64,000 bases of DNA from Lama glama. Lineage: Eukaryota. The notes beneath the pieces are model-generated. The model was not told where the DNA came from. It made no database searches and saw only the letters and a list, made by a program, of their open reading frames with translations. Of the stretch, positions 25,150-37,489 are shown in pieces (position 1 is the stretch's first letter; each line of letters starts with the position of its first letter). The stretch lies in contig CM052832.1 of assembly GCA_028534125.1 (NCBI GenBank), positions 10,046,001 through 10,110,000 on the forward strand. Reading direction: 5' to 3'. The translations under genes were made by a program, and so were the position numbers.

Positions 25150-25700
25150 GCACAGCCGGATAATAATAATTAATAACCATTAGGAACAATAAGGAATACC
25201 AGTGCCCAGTCAGCCCAATGTGCAGCCTCGGCTTTTTTCTTTCTTCCTTTTTTTTTTTTTTTCACTTTAATGAAAACAATGATTTGACTTTGAAGAAAGT
25301 GACTTTTTTAAAGTGAAAGCTGGATCGAGTTCTCATCCACCCCCTCCCCCCTTGATGTCCCCCTTCCCTTCCCAGCTCCTCCTCCCATCTTGCCCCCCCA
25401 TTTTTCTCTCTCCCTTTTTTCTTTTTCTTTTAATACTCTGCGTTCTATCATGCAAATCCCCTTTCAAATTATGAGAGTATTAGAGCCATCAACGGTAATG
25501 TCACCGCCACAAAATGAGAGTGGGGACTTAAGCACCTAACGAACAATGAAATGTGCGAGCCCTGGGACAGGACAATTAAGAACTGGGCTTAGCCAGCCAG
25601 GGAAATTTATTGCTATCAAATCCATATTTCTATTTTCCCCCTGAACAGTAACCTATTTGAATATGATTAAAGGGTTTCATTACTGCAGAGAGAAAGGCCC
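25150..25700. promoter_or_regulatory. Putative Sox/POU/TCF enhancer
   Basis: AACAAT at 25185, 25275 and 25542; octamer ATGCAAAT at 25450-25457; CTTTGAA at 25288-25294; multiple TAAT cores. Confidence 0.6.
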
Positions 25701-26559
25701 GTGTCCCGCGGTTCCCCGTGAGCTCACAAACACAGGCTTGGAGCCGGGGTGCCTCTGTGAGGAGATGGGTAGGTGGTTGTGGGGGTAGGGAAGACTGTCA
25801 AGGACCCGGGGGTTCAGAAATTGAACATCAGGGGGCAGGCTCCCTGTAGAGATGGGACTGGCGGAGGAAGTGTTTGGCTGGAAAGGAGGTCTGAGGGTCT
25901 CTGGTCCTCTGACTCTCTTCAGAAGGTTCTGGAAGGTTCATGAGCAGATGGGGAAACCAAGGCACTAAGAGGTTGAGCAACTTAGTGACAGTAACTCAAA
26001 TTAGTGAGAGTGGGAGATCCAGGATTGGATCTAAAGCCAGTGCTAGCCTCCCTCTGCTCCCTCCCTCGCTCCGCATATCCTACTTCCTTCCCCTCCTCCC
26101 TCTTTGCCCTCCTCCCCCTTCCCTCTATTTTTCCTTCGCACATTGCCCCCCCCCCGCCCCAGTGATAAACGCTATAAAGATACACAAGAAATGCAAGCAG
26201 CCTTACTGGCCAGGAGACATTTACAGTCCGTCCAGGTGAGGAGGTAAGACCAGTCAGAGGAAGCCAAAAGCAGCTGGAGACAGTGGACAGCTGAATGTTA
26301 AGATGAGCGGTGCTGATGCAAGTCCTGAAGGGGTTCAGGGTGGGTTCAGAGGGGCCGGTGTGGGCTGGAGTAGCTACAAATGGCTCTGTTCTAACACAAA
26401 CAGATGGCAAAGAATTTTTCTCCCCTAGAAGTCTGCACATTATCACTCTGCTCCATGGCAGAACCTTAATAAGATCCGGCCGTCATTCCTCCCTGCTTTC
26501 TCAGCTGAACCTAAACCAGGGATGATCTGAATAATAACACCAATAATAACCACATCACT

Positions 26560-26760
26560 CCTGTGCATTTGTGTATCAGTTTAGTTGTAAAGAGCTTTCA
26601 CACATCCCTCCGCTCATTAAATCCTTAAAACAACCCTTTAAAGAGGGGCAGGGCCGAGAAGTGAGATCTCGAGAGGTTAAATAACTTGTCCAAAGTCAGA
26701 CAGGTAATAAACAATAGAGCTGGAATTTGAACCTGGGATAGCCTGATTCTAACATCCATG
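26560..26760. mobile_element. MIR SINE
   Basis: gagaggttaaataacttgtccaaagtca...agagctggaatttgaacc. Confidence 0.8.
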
Positions 26761-29579
26761 TTCCCATACATGTGATTTCCGGCAGGAGTGCAGCCATGCA
26801 CACACACTGGTTCAGCAAGCTGCTCCCCACCCCCGACTGGTGGCAGCTTTCTTCTTGCTGGAATCCCTGAAGGAAAGGATAGTGGCCTAGCTAGACAGAT
26901 CAGCTGTATCAGCCCTGGCAGTGAGAGGGTGATGGATGTCGTGGGAGATCACCCTCATGGGCGGTGCACACTCACACCAGCAAATGGGGAATCATAGCAG
27001 ATGGAAAAGAATTCAGTGCTGCATCGTGTGGTCCTGAGCTGGGAGAAAGACGAAATCATGCAGGGCACTCTTCTCCAGAGTGTGGACCTTGAGATGTGGG
27101 ATATGCAGGCAGAGCCCCTGCATTTCCAGATGGGCCCTGGGCATGAGAGGGTGGCCTTGGAGGAAGCAGCTGGTGGGCTTTGAGGATCTGAGAATGGACA
27201 GGCTGAGTGGAGTGATGAGGGTGGAGGGCAGGGTTTAAGTTCCAAGGCTGGATGTGTTCCTCAGCTCCTCTGGCCTTTCCGGTTCCCAGTCTCACTCCTC
27301 TGACACTTCCCTTCTCTCCTCTGGGACACCCCATGTCTTATACCTGGGGCTTCCAGAGATTGCAGCCTTGCACCCTGGGAAGCTGGATAAAGTGGCATTA
27401 CTAACACTTGGATCTGCCCGTGCCATCAGGGGCCCTCTCTCTGCCAATATATGCTGGCCTGGTGCACCTGAAACTTGGGTGTCACCAGGGCAGGTGGTGT
27501 GGCATGTAGGGGGGTGGCCAAAGGTGGAAGGAGATCCCATCTGGTACCCAGCAGCGCCATCCTGAGGTCTCCTTCCCTGTCCATTTTGTAATGATTTCCC
27601 TTATCCGCACCTACCCCCCCAAGATATTTGCCATTTCTGTCCCTCCCTATTTCCTGCCCATCCTTCCTTCCCTAAAATCACCGAATCTCAATATTAAGTC
27701 TTGGCCTCTATTCATCGACCCACCCAAGGGTGTTGGTTAAAATAGTAAGTCCATATACTGACCCATTAGGATCGATGCTGGTCATAGCGATGAAGCAGGA
27801 TGCTGGGCTGGGTGTTAAAGTTTAGCTGCTGAATCTTGGGGAGGGCCAGCAAATCCCAGGGCAGTGGCTAGGATGATGGGGAGATGGGTGTTCAATGGGC
27901 TACAATCAATAACTATTTACTAACTGGTATGGAAATGTTAGCAATCAATACAGGCACAATGATGTATACACCACCCCACTATTAGCATTATGTCCAACCA
28001 TCCAAGCATCCATCCATCCACCATTCCACCTCAGCCCCACCCACTAGTATGCTCTCAACAGGTGGGGGAGGGAGCACCTATGAAGTAGGAGATGAGCTTC
28101 CTTCTCTCTAGCAGCTTATAATTCAGTTGGAGAGCCAGGAGACACCCACTTGATTGTTCAGTAACAGCTCAAGAGGTGTCTCAGGGCAGCCTGGGATGGG
28201 TTGCCTAGCGCCTGGTACGTCTAAACGGTTCAGAGCAGATGAAGATCATGTGTGTAGAAGAGAGCCCAGGGAGGCAGCCACAGCATGACAAGCCTTTGAG
28301 CTGGAGCTTTGGGGAAATGAGGATCAACCTCTCGGCTTCTCCTTGGCTCAGCCTCTGGGGGGTGTCACATGCTCCCTTCTCCCTCTTCAATGTCCATGTC
28401 TGAGTACTGGTTTGCTGTGGACCAGCCCACACTGTCTCCAAAACTAGATAGTGGGGACCTGATGATGCTGCCTGTTCCCACCCTGACCTCCCTCCGCAGC
28501 AGGCACGTTACCTCCCGCAAGGAAGGAGCCAGCCTGTGGTTGGGTTCCCAGCTCGCCCTTCTCTGCCTTTTCTCCCTCTCTCTTTCCATCCTGGGGTTGT
28601 CAGTTTAATGGACAGGTGTTTAATTCCAGCCTGTCAGGTGCCTGGAAATGCCAGCATCACTGCACATCAGTTCGTGGAGCTTGCTCTTAAAAGAACAGTG
28701 AGAAGCTGAACTCTGCTATCTGCAGCTCAGCCCTCTCTCTTTGTCTCCATCTCATCAGGCAAATGTGGTTGCACCTTCCTCACTGATGTTTTCCTCCTGG
28801 GCAGTGGGGCTCAGAGAGCCTGGCAAAGGAGGTGAAAATCTTCTCCAAGTATTCCAAAGAAGATCAGGTTTCCGAGTGCTAGGTGTCATCAATTATGTCC
28901 CTGGCATGTGCTGGGCCTGCTTTTTAACTATTAAAATCATGTAATAGCTAAAGCATACTGCATCTGCTGCCCCAGGGCAGAAAGGCAGCTGTCAGGTTTT
29001 TCAGCATAAGCAGCTTCTCTCTTCTGTACCAGCCCTGCTCAGGCACCAGCCAGGAATGGCATGCTCACCTCCAGCCTGGGAAATACATGGAGGCAGCCTT
29101 AGGGATCTGCCCAGAGAACTCCGAAGCTTGGAAAATGGGGGTCAGAGCATGGTCTAGGGTTCACTGTGTCATGCTACCCCCAGCAGGACTTGCCACCCAG
29201 CTCTTCTATCAGTCTTTGGGAAAGTCTCTGGGCTGGGGGCTGAGGACAGACCAGAGGTCAGAGAGGAGGACCCATCTTTGGGGGTTAGGGATGAAACTTG
29301 AGGAATTGGGACAGAAGTGGGGGATTCCAGGGCATATCAACTATAGCCAGAGGTCAGAGCTGGACAGCCCAGTTCAGGCAGCGAAAGCACTTGAGTGGCA
29401 TCTCAGAGGGCTGTTGGGCTCACCCTGGCACACAGCTTCCCCTCTTCCTTTCCTCCCCACCCATGCCCACTTCCCTCCTCGCTTATCTATTTCTTTCTGC
29501 TTTGACACCTCCTACCTGTCCCCCCACCAGACCTCCACCCACCCACGTACCCCAATGAGGCATCACGGTTCCTAACGAA

Positions 29580-29825
29580 ACGGAACCACTGCCAGATGAA
29601 ATATATTACTATTAAATACTTAATTCTTCTAGTGAGCAGAGAGCGGGCAGTATGAATACGATTATTAAAGAAAATTACTTTGGCTGATCAGATATTTCTG
29701 CATACTAATTTCTGACCCTTCTTCCCTCACTCTCACTCCTCGTCCCTAGGAGACCAGGACAGATAAAATTCCATCACAAATAGCTGATTACCGAGGCTTG
29801 CATTAAAAAATCACATTTTCCCCCG
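29580..29825. promoter_or_regulatory. Putative enhancer-like AT-rich element
   Basis: Unique AT-rich island with attact/attaaa/ttaatt/ctaatt/gatta cores and retained CpGs. Confidence 0.5.
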
Positions 29826-30369
29826 TCTCTCTCTCTCTCTCTCTCCTGTGCCTTCTCTATGCTGATGTCCTTGCTGGAGAAAAGGTGTCCCTGGGCACCA
29901 GCAGCCACTGGATGACATCTGGGGAGACCCTATTCCCTCCTTCTCTTCCTCTCTCTCCACACTTTCTCCAATATCAGCAGCTCCGCTATTTCAACCAGTT
30001 TCCTAAATGGGCAGAAGACCCTTTTGGCGCAAGGGTCCTTGCTCTCAGAAACTCGAGTATACGTCTCATCACAGCCTCATGCTCTGGTATTCTGTACTTA
30101 AGAACATGGTGGGGCACCTCACCAACCAAGATGGCTGATTTTGCACTGAGTGGAGACACCCAGCTCTTAGACTGGAACCGTAAGTGTGATAAGAAGCCCT
30201 GCCCTAAAGAGAAGGGACTTCCTAACTTCAGAGTTTTCTGATTGGCTGAGCTCTCTAGACCTCTGTAAATGTCTGGGGGAATTCATTCATTCACCACTAA
30301 AGTCAGCAAACTTTCATGTGTGTATAGAAGTGTATATGTATCTCCAAGGTCTAACTTAAAATTACACTA

Positions 30370-30560
30370 GAACTTTCTATGCCTTGGTTTTCTCATCTGC
30401 AAAATGGGGATAAAAGCAGTACCTACTTCATGTGATTGTTGTGAGGAGTGAAGAGTTAATACACAAAAGGCACTTAGAATACTGCCTGGCACTTAATAAG
30501 TACCATATAAGGGTTAGCCATCATTACTATTATGGTTACTATGATTACTATTGATGTATA
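30370..30560. mobile_element. MIR SINE
   Basis: tctcatctgcaaaatgggga...cacttagaatactgcctggcac. Confidence 0.85.
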
Positions 30561-31289
30561 TATAATTAAAAAAATGTACTCCTCACCTGCTCATGAATGA
30601 CTCCTCCCATAACTCCCACACCAGAGGGAGCTTCTCCTGGCTTCTTTCCTAGATTCTCACTTGGGTTCACTTAACTAGGTTCTCAGTGCCTCCCGACCCC
30701 CTTCATGATGACCCCTCAACCATACACTGAGCCCCAGCCTCAGTTCAGGCTACTGGCACCCAAGCAATCACCTGGGTTCTGGCACTCAGGGGCAGCGAGG
30801 GGAGTGCGCTAAAAATACACCCATTCCCCACAATCCCATAAACCTTCAATTTACCTGCTTTTATAAAAAAAAAAATGCTTCCTTAGGTGTCACCCATGGA
30901 AGATATAATTACAGCCTGGGAATGTTAATTCCCTTGCTCCTGATACGTGGATCACTGCTCCACAGGGCTCCTGTCCTCCTCAGAGCATTGGGAGGGAGAT
31001 GGACAGGCAGCCAGGAGGGAGTCAGGGTAGGAGGCAATGCCAGACCTGGAGGCCTGCGGGGATATGAGGATGTGCTCTTAAACCAGACCACCCTGGTGGG
31101 ACCAGTGGAGCTGGATAAGGCATGGAGGGGGTGCCCTCTTATATCTGGTTACCCTCAGAAACCCCTTGGGGCTGGGGCTGGAGGGGGAAGACACCAAGGA
31201 CGGAGGCCCTGCCAGCCTCGTGGGGAAGTGGGAACCCTGAGTCCTGAAGTCTCCCTGCTCTACCCCCTTTCCCCACCCCCACTTCCCAT

Positions 31290-32000
31290 CCCTGTCCCTC
31301 TTCAGTCTATTCTCAGCACAGCAGCCAGAGGGATCCTTGTAAAACCTGAGAAACAGTTCCCCATCTCACTCATCATCATCACAGTGGCCTCAAGGCCCTA
31401 CCCACCCCTACCCCGCTGTATTTTCCTCCTCAGCCCTCAGCAGCACCTATTATTGTCTATATTTTACTTCTTCAGGTTTTTTTTTTTTTAGTGTATATCC
31501 CTCACTAAGATATAAATTCCATGAGGACAAGGGTCTTTATCTGTTTTGTTCACTGTTTCATTCCCAGGGCTCAGAAGAGGGCCAGGCATATAGTAGGTGC
31601 TCCTGAAGAGTTTGTGAATGAAGGTGACTCTTCAGGAAGGAACTCCAAGCACAGGGAAGAGTGAGGGCAAAGACAAAGGCAGGGCAGAGCCGCATGCATT
31701 TGGCAAACTTGAGTGGTCCTGAATGCTTGGTGCACAGGATGTTCCCGGAAAAGAGAAAGAGATGAGAACAAGGCCAGCGTGGCATCTGTCCATGGGGAGG
31801 GAAAGGAGGAGGGTGGGGACATAAGTAGATCTGTGTCTCTGGAAGATCCTGGGGGCGGGTGGAGAGTGGATTAGAGCTGGGTGACACTGGAGGTGGGAAG
31901 ACCAGAAGAATGCTTCTTAGATACACAGGAGGAGAGATGATGTCCTGGTCCAAAACAGGGGTGGTGTGGATGGAGGTGAATTCCTAAGAAAGACGTAGGG
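31290..32000. mobile_element. Two L2 fragments in opposite orientation
   Basis: cagtctattctcagcacagcagccagagggatc...ccatgaggacaaggg...tgtgaatgaa, then the reverse-orientation ccaagcacagggaagagtgagggcaaag. Confidence 0.75.
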
Positions 32001-32329
32001 ATCTGGGGAGAGAAGCAAGACGGCAGGCCTCCTTCCCCTTCTCCAGAATCGGTCTTCCTGGTCCCTAACCCTAGCCAGGCTGTCCCCAGCTCTGTCCCTG
32101 GGAGACCCCTCCCTTGCCTCTGGCCTCTATCTAAATTCTGCTTGTCCTTCAAAGCTCAACCCAGTCCCTGCCCCAGACTCCTCCATCTCACTGATGTTCT
32201 CTGAGTGACTGGTGTTCCTCATTGTCACACTTGTCATTGCCTGTCCCCAGTGACATGGACACAATTCATGAGGGCTTTCCTTGTAAATTTCTTGAGGGTA
32301 GGGACTGTGGTGTTTCTACTGTGAGCCTG

Positions 32330-32750
32330 ACAGAATACACAGTGATTTGGAGCCTGGGACTTTTGCCTCTGGCTGATTTGGGTTTAAATACTGAGTCTCC
32401 CACTTAGTAGTTAATTGAATTTAGGTAAGTTACTTCCCCATCTGTAAAATGGGAATAAAAATACTATCACCGTGCAGGATAGTTCTGAGGATGAACTGAG
32501 TTAAAGCATGTAATAGAGATTAGCACGACGTAAAGTACCTTTACGCACTCCCACAACACCTGTACGTCTCCTGCGTTGCATGTCACACAACTGCAAATAC
32601 TTAGCCACATGCATCATGATGATGGCTAATACTCTGTCTTCCCCACTGGACTGTAAGCACCTTGAGGGCAGGAACCAGCAGAGCCCAGTACAATCCCTTG
32701 ACATAGTCATGGAGTTACTAAATTTGTGCGGAATGAGTGGCTTGATACAA
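32330..32750. mobile_element. MIR plus L2 3' end
   Basis: cccatctgtaaaatgggaataa (MIR) and cactggactgtaagcaccttgagggcagg (L2). Confidence 0.8.
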
Positions 32751-33154
32751 TATTAAACACTTAATGCATTGAATTCAACTGAAACTAAGATGCCAAAGAA
32801 GAGAGACTCCTGATCAATCCAAACGAAGCCTGGTTCTTCCCAGGAATTGTGGTGTCCCATGGGAGCTCAGATAGAGTGGACTTCCCTGGAAGGGGCTGTT
32901 TCATCACACCCTTTCCTAGAAGGGAGAAGTAGACGTCCAAGCCTTGACCCCAGGCTAGGGCAGGGTGGGTGCAGCCTGCAGGGTGACCTGACTGAGTCTG
33001 GAGGGAGCTGGCTGCCTGGCCCCAGCCTCAACTCTGAATGGAAGATTCTGGGATCGGAGGTGGGGGTGGGGCTTAGCCTCCTGGACCCTCTGGAGAGCTG
33101 GCAGGCCCCAGCCACTGAGGAGGACCAGTCCCAAAGCTGTATATACACAGGGCC

Positions 33155-33340
33155 AGAAATGTTTATTTTTCCTTATTGACTTTCTCCAAATAAACCCCTG
33201 GCCAGCAGAAAGGGGCTCCCAGCAGCAGCTGTTTACTCAGTGTTTGTGATAAAGAGGCTTCTCCATAGCAACAGGTGGCAACGTGCAGCTCTCCCAGAAC
33301 ATGGCAGGGCCTTGCAATGCGGCCGTGTTTACTCAGAGGG
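33155..33340. promoter_or_regulatory. Forkhead/GATA site cluster (candidate enhancer)
   Basis: Six Fox-type sites in ~180 bp, including an exact tgtttactcag at both 33230 and 33326; TGATAA at 33247. Confidence 0.55.
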
Positions 33341-33708
33341 GAAGAAAAAGAGGCAGAGGAAGACAGGGAGGAAGGAAGGAAGGGAAGAAGTCAGACCAGG
33401 AGACTGGGAGCTGGGAAGTGAACAGAGAGGACACCAGGGCAGAAGCCTGAGAGGAGTGTGGAAGGTTTCCGTCCTCAGCGAGGCTTCCACTGAAAGTTCC
33501 CGGTGGGCCTGGAGGAGGGAAGGCTGTCAAGCAATGTGCAGGGAAGTGTGCGCCCCGCTGGGTGTGGGGGAGCTGTGAACACGGCACCACGCACAGGAGA
33601 CACCATCGTGGGCTGGTGTGCCCTGGTCAGGATGTGAGTCTCAGTACCTGTGGACTGAAGTTGCCCCGTGTGTGTACATGTGTGTCATCCCGTCCTGGGA
33701 AGGGAGGG

Positions 33709-34168
33709 TGGATTGGTGTCCTAGGGCTGCCATATTCCCGCAGACATGGCGACTTAGAACAGCGAGGGTTTATCCTCTCGCAGTTCAGGAGACCAGAAGT
33801 CTGAGATCACAGCTGAGGCGAGTTTGGTTCTGTCTGGAGGCTCAGGGGGACGGTGTGTTCCTCGCCGCTCTCCTAGCTTCTAGGAACTGCCAGCCATCCT
33901 TGGTGTCCTGTGGTTGTGACGGCATCACTCCTGTCTCTGCTCCCATTGTCACCTGGTGTTCTCCCCATGTGTCTCTGTGTCTGAGGCTACGTGTCCCTCT
34001 TCTTACCATGACACCAATCATTCAATTTAGGGCCCATCCTGATCCAGTGTGACCTCATCTCATCTTGACTAATCTGCAAAGACTCTGTTTTCAAATAGAA
34101 CTATATTCACAGGTACTGGGGGTTTGGACTTGCACATATACTTTGGGGAACACAATTGTACCCTTGGT
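33709..34168. mobile_element. MLT1 solo LTR (near full length)
   Basis: cctagggctgcc...tttatcctctcgcagttcaggagaccagaagtctgagatc...tctgcaaagactctgttttcaaata...ggggaacacaatt. Confidence 0.85.
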
Positions 34169-35049
34169 GGGGTGGGGGCACGAGGACAGGGATGGCTGTC
34201 AGTAAAGCTTGGGTGATAAACCCACACACAGGACTCTTAGTAAGCAGGATGCTCCTTCACTCCCTCACATTCCTTCTGCACAAGGGAGGGGTGGACCCGG
34301 GGAAGAGGGAAGCCTGCTGTCTCATCTGGGTGAAGTCCTCAGGAGGAGAGGAGAGGGGAGGATGTGACATCCAGAGTGATGCTGGTGTCCACGTCCCCAT
34401 CCTAAGTGTGTGACCTTGGATAGGTTACTTCTCCCCCCAGGGCCTCCGTCTCCTCATCTGTCCAGTAACACCCACTTCACAGCTCTGGCCCACAGCGGGC
34501 ACTACTCAAAGTCGGGGCCACTTTTGTTATTATCACAGGCCTCGGCTTTCCATCAGGAGCGCATGGAAATCCAATCGGGAATGCCTGCCGGGATGGTGTC
34601 CACACCTGCAGACAACAACCTCTGCTGCAAAAGTTGGCACAGTGACCCCGGCCCCCCGGGGACATGAATCGATGTGGGGACACCCTGCTGGAGTCTGTCC
34701 CAGGGACCTGGCTTGGGTGAGGGCATCTGCAGGGATCTTCCAGAGAGACCCGGGGTGTGCCACCTCAGCACACCTGCGCCGCCCTCCACTCCCTGAGTCT
34801 GTGCGGGGAACTCAGGCCAGCAACCGTCCCACAGCTGAGGTGGGTGAAGGCGGTTGGTAACCGACTTGAAAGCACACACAGGTGCACTCACACCCCTCAC
34901 GGAGACATGTGCGCACCTCTCAGACACATCCATACACACCTCACACATACACACGCACACCCCTCCCAGACTTCCTCCCACCGTCTTCTGCCACATGGAA
35001 CCATCTCCAGCCCCATGGGTTTGGAGAGTCTACACAGCACGTGGAAACC

Positions 35050-35270
35050 CACGTCTGTTTGTTCACACACGTCTTTCTCGAACACCTACTATGCTCCAGG
35101 CGCCGTTCTAGTCACTGGGGAAACGGCAGAGACCAAACATGGAGCTTCTGTTGCAAGCGGGAGATGACAGTAAGAAAAATGAATAAAGGACTTATTTCAC
35201 GTATGGGAAGGAATCGAGGGCTATGGAGAAAAACGAAGGCGGAAAAGGAGCGTGAGGACAATCTGAAACG
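35050..35270. mobile_element. L2 3' end, unusually CpG-rich
   Basis: acacctactatgctccaggcgccgttctagtcactgggga...catggagctt. Confidence 0.75.
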
Positions 35271-36189
35271 TGTCCTCTACTGCCGCCTGCCTCCCCAGTG
35301 CCAGGATGGGAGCCGGAGCCCCACGTGCCCCAGGTCCGTGCTCTGCCCTCGGGGGAGTGGCCCGGGGACAGAGGCCAGTCAGACACGCATGGCCCGGTGG
35401 CTCCGGCCTGGCTCCCAGGCGGCCTGTCACCGTCCCCACAGCCGGCATCCCCGCGGGGGGCCACCCTCCCCAGTGCGGCTGCTCTCTAACCACCGCGTGT
35501 CATCCTCCTTGTTACTATTCTCATCCTCATTACAGGAACTGTCCTCGCGCTCAAACACAACAACCACGCAGCCCCCGTGGGGAGACAGGGCATTTTCCTG
35601 GAGCTGCCGGAGAGAACAGTCAGAGCCGCTCGGGGAGGAAGAGTTGATGCCTCCTGGAGTTTCTTGCTGGTGGGGGGGTGGGGTACAGCCCCTTCTGGAT
35701 GTCAACTTTTTCTCTCCTCTCTGTCCTCCTGCCTCCCTCCTATTAGCATCCTCACCCATGAGCACGCAGCTCATTGTTTACTGCAGGCTCCTCCCTGCTG
35801 CCAGCTCAGCCCCCAGGACCTCGGAGCCCAGCCCTGCCCTTTGCCTCCTTTGCCTTTGCAGCCAGGCACCTGCAGCAGTGCTGGGTACACAGTAGGTGTT
35901 CTATAGATGCAGGGAAAGAGAGGAACAAAAATAAAGGCAGGGTTTGGTCGGGGAGAAGCGGGGCCTGTTGCCTTAGACCCTTGGGTGGGGCAACAGGCAC
36001 AGGGAGGATGACAGGCAAGGAGGGAGCTTCCCTTTTGCTGCCTCCAAGGATCCGTGCTCTTCCAGAATCATAGTCCTTGAAGTTCTGTTGTCACAGTGGT
36101 TCCTTTGTGTTGAACATGACTGCCTCCTTATAGGGTTCTCATTTACAAGGCAAATATCCTCCCTGTGAAAATTAATGTGTTTTGTGACC

Positions 36190-36350
36190 CGAGTGTGATG
36201 TCGAATGACCTTGGGTAAGTCTTGGAACTTTCCTGGGCCTTGGTGTCCTGGTCTGTAAAATGGGGCCACTTCTCACTCCTACCTCAGAATTGTTGTGACA
36301 ATTAAATGAGTGACTCTTTAGAAAGCACTTAGCATGGCAGCTGGCACGCA
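36190..36350. mobile_element. MIR SINE
   Basis: tgaccttgggtaagtc...tctgtaaaatgggg...ttgttgtgacaattaaatgag. Confidence 0.85.
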
Positions 36351-37489
36351 GGGACTGCTGGTCAGCCTAGGCGTGGCCAAAGAAACTGGAGCAAGAGAGG
36401 AAGCCTGAGAGATTTAGAACTTCAGGCAGCTGGGTGGGCTCAGGCCCCCAGGAACAGCACTGGGAAGACAAGGAACAGGGCCAGTGTGTCAGGTCCTGAT
36501 TTGGGAGAGGGGCGCTTTGGTGTGGGGAGAAGAAGGGAAGTGAGGAACAGGGGACGAGCAGGTTGACTTCCAGCCACCAGCGATGAGCACAAGGGAGACA
36601 GCTAGAGAATAGAGCCCTCAGAAAGTTTCCAGCACATTCCTGCTAAAATTAGCCTCATCTTGCATACGAAACTCTATATTTAAACCAGCGGCCTGTCAGA
36701 GCCGCTGTGCCGCTGGTGCATGCCAGCGGGTTTGGGGCCCAGCGCCGATGCAGGGGAGTGGGCGGCAGCCCAGGCAGGGACAAGGCACCCAGGGCGGGGG
36801 GTGAGGCCACCGCCCGCCCACGGCTGCTTGTGCAGAGTCACACAGAGGTGCATAAGTGTGCAGTGCACACCTGTTATTCCTGAGCAGTGTGCAGGGCCTC
36901 TGGCCACTTGTCCTGGCCTCAGAGGGCAGACTTCAGCAGGACAGACAGACAGATACAGTCACAGATACAGGCATATGCAGAAGGGATGGGGGCAGACAAG
37001 TGGTAAGAAAGCAGTGAGCGAGAAGAGGAGGAGGAAGGAGCCAGTGAGCCATGGAAGGAGGTGCAGCGCTCCAGAGACAGCTTGACATCTGGGCGGCACA
37101 TCCTAGTCCAGGGGGTGATGAGAGGGGGGTCTCAGCCTCCTGTGACCACCAAGCCCCCCACTCAAGGATAAGGGGACCCCAGCCGCTCCTTTTTTCCCCC
37201 AGCCGCCCAGCCTTCTCCAGGGAGAGCGCTGGCTGATAAGAAGCCAGTTTTACCTGAGGCCTGGAACATTAACTTTGACACTGAAAAGGGGATATTTTAT
37301 TACCCAGGAATATTTCTGCATCTCTTCAGAGATCTTCTCGCTCAACCCCCACCCCCAGCAGCAAGCCTCTTCACACAAAACCAACTCTTCAGTTAACCCT
37401 ACTGATCCCGCCTGCACCAGGCCCCACAGAGGCGGTTTTACATGAGGGCAAGTATCTCCTTTATCCTGTGAGGCTGACCCCTCACCCCT

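Noticed and set aside
33580..33600. REST/NRSF-like site ggcaccacgcacag
   Set aside because: The core has a mismatch at a key G, and neither flank matches the RE1 consensus.
34882..35895. Longest ORF (337 aa)
   Set aside because: It runs through a CA-rich tract, an L2 fragment and GC-rich sequence, and resembles no protein family I know. It is best explained by stop-codon depletion.
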